64,000 nt of DNA from Vicinamibacterales bacterium (lineage in GTDB: Bacteria > Acidobacteriota > Vicinamibacteria > Vicinamibacterales > Vicinamibacteraceae): positions 1,681,620-1,745,619 of the forward strand of contig CAWFJQ010000003.1 of the NCBI GenBank assembly GCA_963816265.1. Direction: 5' to 3'. This document shows, piece by piece, positions 40,164 to 48,075 of the stretch (the stretch's first letter is position 1; each line of letters starts with the position of its first letter). The notes beneath the pieces were generated by a model. It saw only the letters and a program-made list of their open reading frames with translations. It searched no databases and was not told the DNA's origin. A program made the position numbers and the translations under genes.

Positions 40164-40852
40164 GACTCCTGCTCGCTCCCGTCGGCGCTGAGCAGGTAGC
40201 CGGCGCCGCGGCGGGTCCGGATCGCGTCGTGGCACGCGGTCGGCGCCAGCTTGGCCCGCAGCCGGCGGACGTAGACGTCGATGACGTTCGAGAGCGGATC
40301 GTAGGAGCTGTCCCAGACGTGCTCGGCGATGTCCTCGCGGGTGACGACCCGGCCGGCGCGCCGGGCCATGAACTCGAGGAGCGCGTACTCGCGGGTCGTC
40401 AGCGGCAACGCCGCGTCGCGGCAGAACGCCAGCTGGGCATGCGTGTCGAGCACCAGCTCGCCGACGTGCAGGCGCTCGTTCTCCGGCGGCCGGGCTCCAC
40501 GTCTGGTCAGCGCCCGGAGGCGCGCCAGCAGCTCGCCGAAGTCGAACGGCTTGAGCAGATAGTCGTCGGCTCCGCTGTCGAGCCCGGCGATGCGGGAGTC
40601 GACGGCGTCGCGGGCGGTGAGGATGAGGATCGGCGCCGTCGTGCCGGCGGCCCGGATCCGCCGGCACAGCGTCAGGCCGTCGACGTCGGGCAGGCCGAGA
40701 TCGAGGACGATGAGGTCGTAGTCGTGGTCGGCGACGAGGGCCGCGGCCCCGCGCGCGCTCTGGGCGACGTCGACCGCGTAGGCTTGTTCCCGCAGTCCCT
40801 TGGCGAGCATGCGGATGGTGAGCGGCTCGTCCTCGATCAGCAGGAGGCGCAC
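40160..40852 (-). CDS. OmpR-family response regulator.
   Basis: Reads MRLLLIEDEP..LIVLDLGLPDVDG..DDYLLKPF.., followed by a winged-helix domain LTTREYALLEFMARRAGRVVTRE..VDVYVRRLRAKL. Confidence 0.9.
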   Translation of the reverse strand: MRLLLIEDEPLTIRMLAKGLREQAYAVDVAQSARGAAALVADHDYDLIVLDLGLPDVDGLTLCRRIRAAGTTAPILILTARDAVDSRIAGLDSGADDYLLKPFDFGELLARLRALTRRGARPPENERLHVGELVLDTHAQLAFCRDAALPLTTREYALLEFMARRAGRVVTREDIAEHVWDSSYDPLSNVIDVYVRRLRAKLAPTACHDAIRTRRGAGYLLSADGSEQES

Positions 40853-40958
40853 GACGCCATTGTCTCCGAGGCCAGCGGCGATGGCGCTGTCATTCGCGGT
40901 TCATCTTGGTCCACTAGTGTTTTGCGTCACCATCGCGGGCGGGGGGGCCGGGGCGCAC

Positions 40959-41420
40959 ATGAACGAACCGTCGGTCACGCTTCGCCGCCTGCTGCTCTGG
41001 CTGCTGCTCGTGGGCCTGGCCGGCATGGCCACCGAACTGACGCTCCTCAGGCACTACGACAGCACGAGCATGGTGATACCGTTTCTCGCGATGGCCGTGG
41101 CCGCTGCAGGCGCTGCGTGGCGGCTGGTCCGGCCGTCGGCGGCCAGCGTCCGCTGGCTGCGCGCGGCGATGGTGCCGATGATGGCGGCCGGCGCGACGGG
41201 TGCCTACCTGCACTACCTGGCCGGCCTGGACTTCCAGGCCGACATGGACCCGACGCTGTCGCGGTGGCAGCTGCTCTGGAAGGTGCTGCACATGCAGGCG
41301 CCCCCGATGCTCGCGCCGGGTGTGCTGGTCCAGTTCGCGCTGCTGGGCCTCGTCTCGACCTACCGTGATCCCCTGACGGCCGCGTCCGCCGCCGATTCAG
41401 CGAGAGGAGTCCGCCCGTGA
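40959..41420 (+). CDS. Hypothetical 4-TM membrane protein; first gene of the redox operon.
   Basis: Reads MNEPSVTLRRLLLWLLLVGLAGMATELTLL.., with four hydrophobic helices. The stop overlaps the next GTG (GTGA). Confidence 0.6.
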   Translation: MNEPSVTLRRLLLWLLLVGLAGMATELTLLRHYDSTSMVIPFLAMAVAAAGAAWRLVRPSAASVRWLRAAMVPMMAAGATGAYLHYLAGLDFQADMDPTLSRWQLLWKVLHMQAPPMLAPGVLVQFALLGLVSTYRDPLTAASAADSARGVRP

Positions 41421-42101
41421 CCCAACACCTGTCGTCGACCGTCATCCCGAGCGACCAGCCGAGGCCCAGACGAGCCGCGCTCCTGGCCGCCACGATCGCC
41501 GTGGCCCTCGTGCTGCTCGCGGCCCCTGCGCAGGCACAGGTGGGCGCCGGGCTCGCCGACCTCAACGCCGTGCCCGAGGCTACGCTCGCCACGATGCCGG
41601 GCCTGACGCCGGCAATCGCCAAGGCCTTCGTCGCCGCCAGGCCCTTTGGAACGATCGTCGAGGCCAACGCCTTCCTGCTCCGGCAGTCGCTGACCGCGGA
41701 GCAGCTGGCGCTCCTCTACCAGAAGGCGTTCGTGCACGTGAACCTGAACACCGCCACGGCGCCCGAGGTCCTGCTCATCCCGCGCATCGCGCGCCGGATG
41801 GCGCACGAGTTCGAGGAATACCGGCCGTGGGTGTCGATGGCGCAATTCGACAAGGAGATCGGCAAATACGTCGATGCGGCCGAAGTCGCCCGGCTGAAGC
41901 AGTACCGTCTTCATTCCGCTCGATCTGAACACCGCGACCGACGATGCCTTCAAGACCATCCCGAACCTGCCCGCCACCATGCTGCGGGAGTTCAAGGAAT
42001 ATCGCCCCTGGAAGACCAAGGCGCAGTTCGAGAAGGAGATCGGCAAGTACGTCGGTCCGCTGGAAACGGCCCGGCTCTGGCGTTTCATGGTCATCAAATA
42101 G
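41417..42101 (+). CDS. Exported protein with helix-hairpin-helix-like repeats; one apparent frameshift near 41905-41915.
   Basis: Signal ..LVLLAAPAQAQ. Repeated modules: VNLNTATAPEVLLIPRIARRMAHEFEEYRPWVSMAQFDKEIGKYVDAAEVARL and LDLNTATDDAFKTIPNLPATMLREFKEYRPWKTKAQFEKEIGKYVGPLETARL. The second lies in the shifted frame and ends at TAG 42099-42101. Confidence 0.65.
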
Positions 42102-42104
42102 CTC

Positions 42105-43256
42105 GTGCCTGTTCGAGTGACGCCGCTGCGGCAGATGGCGGCGCTGACCTGCTGGCTGGCAGCGCTGGCCGGCGTGTCGGCGCAGTCGAGGCGGGCCGAC
42201 GTCCCGCCCGTGGCGACCGCCGCGCCGGCGCTGGCTGCGGCCGCGACCGGCGAGGAGGTCTACCGGGCGGCCTGCCTCACCTGTCACGGCCAGCGTGGCA
42301 CCGGATCGCCGCGATCGGTCGTCGGCTTCGACACGGCGCTGCCCGACTTCACGGACTGCGCCTTTGCGTCCGCGGAAGCCGATGCCGATTGGCATGCCGT
42401 CGTGCACGAGGGTGGCCGGATTCGCGGCCTGGCGCGGCGCATGCCGGCGTTCGGCGACGCGCTGAGCGACGCGAACATCGCAGCGGTCATCGGCTACGTC
42501 CGGCAGTTCTGCACCGATCGCGCCTGGCCGTCGGGTGACCTGAACCTGCCGCGAGCGATGTTCACCGAGAAGGCGTTCCCGGAGAACGAGGTCGTCTACA
42601 CGAGCACGATCGCCCGCGGCGACGATGCCGTCGTCGGCAGCCAGGTCGTCTACGAGCGCCGCATCGGCGCGCGCAACCAGATCGAGGCCGTCGTGCCGGT
42701 CGACCGGGTGAAGCACGACGGCAGCTGGCGAACGGGCCTCGGAGACGTGGCGCTCGCCTTCCGACGTACCGTCTTCGCCAGCCGCCGGAGCGGAACGGTG
42801 GCGGCTGCCGGCGCCGAGGTGGCCTTCCCCACCGGAGACGCCGCCAGCGGTCTCGGCAACGGGCACCGCGTCGTCGAGCCTTTCGCGATGGTCGGCCAGG
42901 TCCTCCCGCGCAACGCCTTCCTCCAGGTGCACGGGGGGCTCGAGATTCCCTCGGACGGGTCGGCCGCCAAGGAGGCCTACCTGCGGAGCGCCGTGGGCTT
43001 CACCTACCTGGCGGACCGGAGTTTCGGCCGCGCCTGGTCGCCGCAAGTCGAGGTACTGTTCGCCAGGCCGTTCGGCGGCTCCGCCGAATGGGATGTCGTG
43101 CCGCAGATGCAGGTGACGCTGTCGAAGATCCAGCACGTCAGCGTGGCCGGCGGCGTGCGCATCCCGCTGAGCCAGCGCGGCGAGCGCGGGGCCGCCGTCG
43201 TCAGCTATCTGCTCTGGGACTGGTTCGACGGTCCGTTCACCAGCTTCTGGAAGTAG
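42105..43256 (+). CDS. Fusion of a class I cytochrome c domain and a predicted outer-membrane beta-barrel.
   Basis: Intact 383-aa ORF. Signal ..WLAALAGVSAQS. Heme motif CLTCH with a distal RRMPAFG. After that come about 250 aa of alternating-hydrophobic strands (about 12), ending ..GPFTSFWK. Confidence 0.7.
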   Translation: MPVRVTPLRQMAALTCWLAALAGVSAQSRRADVPPVATAAPALAAAATGEEVYRAACLTCHGQRGTGSPRSVVGFDTALPDFTDCAFASAEADADWHAVVHEGGRIRGLARRMPAFGDALSDANIAAVIGYVRQFCTDRAWPSGDLNLPRAMFTEKAFPENEVVYTSTIARGDDAVVGSQVVYERRIGARNQIEAVVPVDRVKHDGSWRTGLGDVALAFRRTVFASRRSGTVAAAGAEVAFPTGDAASGLGNGHRVVEPFAMVGQVLPRNAFLQVHGGLEIPSDGSAAKEAYLRSAVGFTYLADRSFGRAWSPQVEVLFARPFGGSAEWDVVPQMQVTLSKIQHVSVAGGVRIPLSQRGERGAAVVSYLLWDWFDGPFTSFWK

Positions 43257-43258
43257 CG

Positions 43259-44938
43259 ATGCGGCGACCTCCGCGGCCACCGTCCCACGCCCTGCTCGGC
43301 TGTGCCGGCCTGGCGCTGCTGCTCGCCGTGTCGCTGCGGGCGCAGTCGCCGCCGAGCGCCGGCACGAAGAGTGGACCGCCGGCGCGCCACGCAGCGGCGG
43401 CGCCCTTCAGCCATTCCGACGACTGCGTCGCCTGTCACAACGCCCTGACCGCCCCGTCCGGCGAAGACGTGTCGATCGGCGCCGCGTGGCGGTCGACGAT
43501 GATGGCCAACTCCGCCCGCGATCCCTACTTCCACGCGAGTCTCCGCCGGGAGACGATGGACCATCCGACGCGGGCCGCCGAGATCCAGGACGAATGCGCC
43601 GCCTGCCACGTGCCGATCGGGCACCGGACGGCACATGCCGCCGGCCGTTCCGCAGTCGTGCTCCAGGCCCTCGACGGAGGCGGCACGGCCGCGGCCGCGG
43701 CCGAGCCCGACCGGCTGGCGGGCGACGGCGTCTCGTGCACCGTCTGTCACCAGATCGCGCCTGACGGACTGGGGTCGCCGGCCTCGTTCAACGGCAACTT
43801 CGTCGTGCGACCGCCGCGCGCCGACGGCGTCCGCGAAGCCTTCGGGCCGTTCGACGTGGATCCGGGCCGGCACACGATCATGCGCTCGGTCACCGGCTTC
43901 GAGCAGGTCGAAGGCGGGCACGTCCGCCAGTCGGAGCTGTGCGCCACCTGCCACACCCTCATCACCCAGGCGTTCGATCGCGACGGACGCGTGATCGGCT
44001 CGCTGCCGGAACAGATGAACTACCAGGAGTGGCGGCACAGCGCCTTCTACGACGAAGGGCGCAGCTGCCAGAGCTGTCACATGCCGAGGGCCGCGGGACC
44101 GATCCGGGTCTCGTCCGTGCTCGGCGCCGAGCGCGACGGGTTGTCCCGTCATGCCTTCGTCGGCGGCAACGCCTTCATGCTGCGGCTGCTCAACCGCTTC
44201 CGCGACGAGCTCGGCGTCGAGGCGCCGCCGGAGGCGCTCGAGGCCACCGCGCGTCTGACGGAGCGTCAGCTCAGCTACGACACGGCGACGGTCGAGGCGA
44301 CGGCGCCCCAGCGATCCGGCGACGGCATCGAGTTCGACGTCGTCGTGCGCAACCTCACCGGCCACAAGTTCCCGACCGGCTATCCGTCCCGGCGCGCCTG
44401 GCTGCACGTGACCGTGACCGACGACGGCGGCCAGGTGCTGTTCGAGTCGGGCGCGACGGCGCCGGACGGATCCATCGCCGGCAGCGACAGCGACGCCGAT
44501 GCGCAGGCCTTCGAGCCGCACTACGACGTGATCGATCGGCCGGAGCAGGTCCAGATCTACGAGTCCGTCATGGGCGACGTGGCGGCACGGCCGACGACGG
44601 GGCTGCTGTCCGCCGTGCGCTACCTGAAGGACAACCGGCTGCTGCCGCGCGGCTTCGACAAGCGGACGGCGCCCGCGGAGATTGCCGTCGTCGGGGACGC
44701 GGTCACCGACGCCTCGTTCGCCGCCGGCGCCGATCGCCTCCGCTACCGGGTGCGGATCCCCGCGGATCGCCGGCTGGGACGGGTTGCGGTGGAACTCCGG
44801 TATCAGCCGATCGCGTATCGCTGGGCCCGCAACCTCGGCACCTACGCGGCCCCTGAGCCGGCCCGCTTCGTGAGCTTCTTCGACCAGCTGGCGAGCGCCG
44901 CTTCGGTGATCGTCGCGACAGCCGCGCGGGACAACTAG
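43259..44938 (+). CDS. Exported pentaheme c-type cytochrome.
   Basis: ATG 43259 with signal ..LLLAVSLRAQS. Five CXXCH motifs: CVACH, CAACH, CTVCH, CATCH and CQSCH. The C-terminal domain contains NLTGHKFPTGYPSRRAWL. Confidence 0.85.
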   Translation: MRRPPRPPSHALLGCAGLALLLAVSLRAQSPPSAGTKSGPPARHAAAAPFSHSDDCVACHNALTAPSGEDVSIGAAWRSTMMANSARDPYFHASLRRETMDHPTRAAEIQDECAACHVPIGHRTAHAAGRSAVVLQALDGGGTAAAAAEPDRLAGDGVSCTVCHQIAPDGLGSPASFNGNFVVRPPRADGVREAFGPFDVDPGRHTIMRSVTGFEQVEGGHVRQSELCATCHTLITQAFDRDGRVIGSLPEQMNYQEWRHSAFYDEGRSCQSCHMPRAAGPIRVSSVLGAERDGLSRHAFVGGNAFMLRLLNRFRDELGVEAPPEALEATARLTERQLSYDTATVEATAPQRSGDGIEFDVVVRNLTGHKFPTGYPSRRAWLHVTVTDDGGQVLFESGATAPDGSIAGSDSDADAQAFEPHYDVIDRPEQVQIYESVMGDVAARPTTGLLSAVRYLKDNRLLPRGFDKRTAPAEIAVVGDAVTDASFAAGADRLRYRVRIPADRRLGRVAVELRYQPIAYRWARNLGTYAAPEPARFVSFFDQLASAASVIVATAARDN

Positions 44939-45039
44939 TCATCCGCCATTCATCTTGCAGTCATACGCTCGGGGTGAGGGCGGCGGAGCGGCGGTGCCTG
45001 CCGGAAGCAGCCGCGCCACGACTCACCTGGAGGATCTCG

Positions 45040-45627
45040 ATGATGTATCTGGATTGGAAGCGCGGGCTGGCCGCCGCGGTCGTTCTCTGTCTGCCGGCCG
45101 CCGGCGCATCCGGGCAGTCGATTCGCGCCTCGGCCGAGACCGCGGCCGCCCTGGCTGCGGCCGAGCCCGTCAGCGCACAGACGGCGCCGCCGCCGCAGGC
45201 CTTCGACTACAGCGACGCCTACCGCCTCCGCGCCAAGATCCACAAGGTGTCGAGCCTGGCGACGCTGCCGCTCTTCGCCACCGAAGGCATCATCGGCCAG
45301 TCGCTCTACTCGAATCCGACCGGCGGCAAGAAGGACGCGCACCTGGCCGTCGCCGCCGGGATCGGCGCGTTGTTCGCCGTCAACAGCGTGACGGGCGTGT
45401 GGAACCTGATCGAGGCGCGGAAGGATCCGAATCATCGCCAGCGTCGTCTCCTGCACGGCCTGCTGATGCTCGGCGCCGACGCCGGCTTCGTCACCACCGC
45501 GGCGCTCGCGCCCGAAAGCGAGCACGGCTCGGCCTCCGGCTCACGCGGCGCCCACCGGGCGGCGGCCTTCACGGCGATCGGGCTGGCGACCACGGGCTAC
45601 CTGGTGATGCTGCTCGGGGACCACTGA
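45040..45627 (+). CDS. Hypothetical membrane protein: signal plus about 4 TM helices.
   Basis: ATG 45040 follows CTGGAGGA. Reads MMYLDWKRGLAAAVVLCLPAAGASG.., with C-terminal helices. Confidence 0.55.
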   Translation: MMYLDWKRGLAAAVVLCLPAAGASGQSIRASAETAAALAAAEPVSAQTAPPPQAFDYSDAYRLRAKIHKVSSLATLPLFATEGIIGQSLYSNPTGGKKDAHLAVAAGIGALFAVNSVTGVWNLIEARKDPNHRQRRLLHGLLMLGADAGFVTTAALAPESEHGSASGSRGAHRAAAFTAIGLATTGYLVMLLGDH

Positions 45628-45628
45628 G

Positions 45629-46111
45629 ATGCCGGCGATTCGAGCGATCGTCGAGACCTGGGCCGCCTTCTACGCCAACTCGCCCGCCGCCCGCAGCGCC
45701 CTCACCTTCACCCACGTCGGCGCGCTGGTCGTCGGCGGCGGCTCCGCGATCGCGGCCGACCTGGGCACGGTCGGCGCGCTCCGCCGCGAGGCTCCCGCGC
45801 TGCGCGCCGAGCTGGAGCGGCTCCACGCGACCCACCGCCTGGTCACGACCAGTCTCGGGCTGGTCGTGTTGAGCGGCATCCTGCTCGTGCTCGCCGACCT
45901 CGACGCCTACCTCGCGTCGACGGCGTTCTGGATCAAGATGGGCCTGTTCGCCGCCCTCATCGTGAACGGCGCGATGGTGGTCGCGGCGTCGGCCCCGGCG
46001 CGCCAGGACAGCCCGCGCAACCGTGCCCGGCTGCGTCTGGCTGCTGTCGCCAGCCTGACGCTGTGGCTGGCGACCCTCCTCCTCGGCACGGTGGTGCCCA
46101 ATGTCCTGTAG
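45629..46111 (+). CDS. Hypothetical 4-TM membrane protein.
   Basis: Reads MPAIRAIVETWAAFYANSPAARSALTFTHVGALVVGGG.. The gap to the upstream gene is 1 nt, and it overlaps the Rieske gene. Confidence 0.55.
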   Translation: MPAIRAIVETWAAFYANSPAARSALTFTHVGALVVGGGSAIAADLGTVGALRREAPALRAELERLHATHRLVTTSLGLVVLSGILLVLADLDAYLASTAFWIKMGLFAALIVNGAMVVAASAPARQDSPRNRARLRLAAVASLTLWLATLLLGTVVPNVL

Positions 46112-46586
46112 CGAGCGGTCGCGCCGCGATTTCCTGCACCATGGAGCCTGCGCACTGCTCACGGCTGGCGCGCTGGGCCTGTCGTCGCTCGACGTCTCGG
46201 CCCTCCCGGTGTCGTTCGTGACCGCCGTGACCGCCGCGGGAGAGCGTCGCTATCCGCTTCCCGCCGCCGACGGCGTGAGCATCGATCGGGTGGCGCAGGT
46301 CATCCTCGTCCGGGCCGGGCGGAGCGTCTACGCGATGGCGCTCGCCTGCCCGCACCAGAACGCGGCGGTCAAGTGGGTGGAGAAAGAACACCGGTTCCAG
46401 TGCTCGAAGCACGACTCGCGCTACACGCCCGATGGCAGCTACACCTCGGGGCGGGCGACGCGGAACCTCGATCGTTTCCCCGTCCGGCTGGAGGGCGATA
46501 CCGTCGTCGTCGGCACCGATCACGTCTTCCGCTCGGATCAGGACAAGGGCGCCTGGAGCGCGGCTCACGTCGAGCTGCCGGCGTGA
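46101..46586 (+). CDS. Tat-exported Rieske [2Fe-2S] domain protein.
   Basis: Twin-arginine leader SRRDFLHHGACALL. Cluster ligands ACPHQ (CxH) and QCSKHDS (CxxH). Confidence 0.8.
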   Translation: MSCSERSRRDFLHHGACALLTAGALGLSSLDVSALPVSFVTAVTAAGERRYPLPAADGVSIDRVAQVILVRAGRSVYAMALACPHQNAAVKWVEKEHRFQCSKHDSRYTPDGSYTSGRATRNLDRFPVRLEGDTVVVGTDHVFRSDQDKGAWSAAHVELPA

Positions 46587-46622
46587 CCGTCCGGCTCTGC
46601 TGATTCGCCCTCGCGGCCGCCG

Positions 46623-46997
46623 TTACTGACGGACCGCCGCGCGCTGCCGCACCCTGGCCAGCCGGCGGCCGGCGTAGGTCTGCAGGATCCGGCCGGCCGA
46701 CTCGAACGCCTCGTGCATCGCGTGCAGCCAGCGATATTCGGCGATCGGCGGGCGTTGCCCATCGGGCATCGCGGTTCCCTCCGGCTCGGATTCGTACAAC
46801 GCGACCAGCTGTTCGTTGGGAACGCTCACTTCGACGACGACCCGCAGCATCCCGGCGTCATTCGGCTCCAGGAGCACGCGGCAATCGACGATACGGCCAC
46901 AGAACCGATCGAGGCGGCCGGCCTGGTCACGCGCGTACTCCTCGAGATCGGCCCGCGCCGACATGTGGCGGAAGGTGACGTAGACGGGCGTGGACAT
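46623..46997 (-). CDS. HPF/RaiA-like ribosome-associated (sigma-54-modulation family) protein.
   Basis: Reads MSTPVYVTFRHMSARADLEEYARDQAGRLDRFCGRIVDCRVLLEP..LRVVVEVSVPNEQLVA... This is a beta-alpha-beta-beta-beta-alpha pattern typical of the family. Assigned from motif memory. Confidence 0.55.
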   Translation of the reverse strand: MSTPVYVTFRHMSARADLEEYARDQAGRLDRFCGRIVDCRVLLEPNDAGMLRVVVEVSVPNEQLVALYESEPEGTAMPDGQRPPIAEYRWLHAMHEAFESAGRILQTYAGRRLARVRQRAAVRQ

Positions 46998-47075
46998 GAT
47001 GGCCCTCCCTCGGATCGTGGCGTGTCGCGCGCTGACTCGGCCGCGAGGCCGGAGAGCGCCCGCAGCCGCATGACG

Positions 47076-47091
47076 TGCAAGCGACGTGCCC
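47076..47091 (-). promoter_or_regulatory. Sigma-54 promoter candidate upstream of the HPF-like gene.
   Basis: The reverse complement reads GGGCACGTCGCTTGCA, matching 11 of the 12 defined positions. It is intergenic and about 80 nt from ATG 46997. Confidence 0.65.
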
Positions 47092-47166
47092 GTCCTGGTC
47101 CCCTGGAACCGCCACGAAGTCGGGGGCGGATGCGGAACATTCCGCGCCTGCTGGGGATTCTTCGGG

Positions 47167-48075
47167 TCACCTCAACTGGACGTCATGGTGCGCCTCGCGA
47201 CAGGGCGTCCCGAGATCTACCTGAAGGGTCGAGTGGCGGATGCCGAACCGCTCGGCGAGGCACGCCTGGGAACGGCGGAGCACGTCCGGGATGTCGGCCG
47301 TCGCCGGAACGACCAGATGCGCCGACAGGGCCACGAACCCGCTGGTGATGCTCCACACGTGGAAGTCGTGCACGTCGTCGACGCCGGCGACGTCGTGCAG
47401 GGCTTCGAGGACGGCAGCCGGTTCGATGTGCGCCGGCGTCCCCTCCATCAGGACGCCGACCGACTGCCGGAGCAGGCTCCAGGACGAATAGACGACGAGG
47501 AGCGCGATGAGGATCGACGCCACCGGATCGATCCAGGTCACGCCGAAGGTCCAGATGAGGGCGGCGGCGCCGATGGCCTGGGCGCTGCCGAGCGCGTCGG
47601 TCAGGACGTGCAGCCAAGCCCCTCGCACGTTCAGGTTCCCGTGCCGGCCGTCCCGGAGGAGCAGGAGGCCGGCGAGGTTGACGAGCAACCCTCCGCAGGC
47701 GATCGCCAGCATCAGCGGGCCCTCCACCGCGACGGGATGGCGAAGACGCGCGATGGCCTCGACGAGGATCACGAGCGCGATGCCGACCAGGGTCGACCCG
47801 TTGACCAGCGCCGCCAGGATCTCGGCCCTGAAGTAGCCGAAGGTCCGGGTCGGGGTCGGGGCGCGGCGAGCGAAGCGCATCGCGAACAGCGTCAGGCCGA
47901 TCGCCGCCGCGTCCGAGAGCATGTGGCCGGCATCGGCCAGCAGCGCCAGAGAACCAGACACGAAACCGCCGATGACCTCGGCGCCCGCGTAGGCCAGCAC
48001 CAGGACCAGGGTCCACGCCAGCCGCGTGGTGCTGGCCTCCGCCGATGCGTGCGAATGAGCGTGGGCGCTGTTCAT
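47167..48075 (-). CDS. czcD: Cation diffusion facilitator (CzcD/ZitB-type).
   Basis: ATG 48075 overlaps the czcA stop. It has a His-rich N-terminus MNSAHAHSHAS, then LLADAGHMLSD, HVLTDALGS, and the C-terminal domain HDFHVWSITSG. Confidence 0.85.
   Translation of the reverse strand: MNSAHAHSHASAEASTTRLAWTLVLVLAYAGAEVIGGFVSGSLALLADAGHMLSDAAAIGLTLFAMRFARRAPTPTRTFGYFRAEILAALVNGSTLVGIALVILVEAIARLRHPVAVEGPLMLAIACGGLLVNLAGLLLLRDGRHGNLNVRGAWLHVLTDALGSAQAIGAAALIWTFGVTWIDPVASILIALLVVYSSWSLLRQSVGVLMEGTPAHIEPAAVLEALHDVAGVDDVHDFHVWSITSGFVALSAHLVVPATADIPDVLRRSQACLAERFGIRHSTLQVDLGTPCREAHHDVQLR

Noticed and set aside
47097-47119. GTCCCCTGGAACCG matches 14 nt of the E1 terminal arm. The adjacent GGAACCGCCACGAAG resembles GGAACTTCCACGAAG at 17630.
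   Set aside because: There is no inverted partner and no conserved core nearby, so it is not a fourth element copy. It may belong to the upstream-activator region of the HPF promoter, but one short match is not enough to call.
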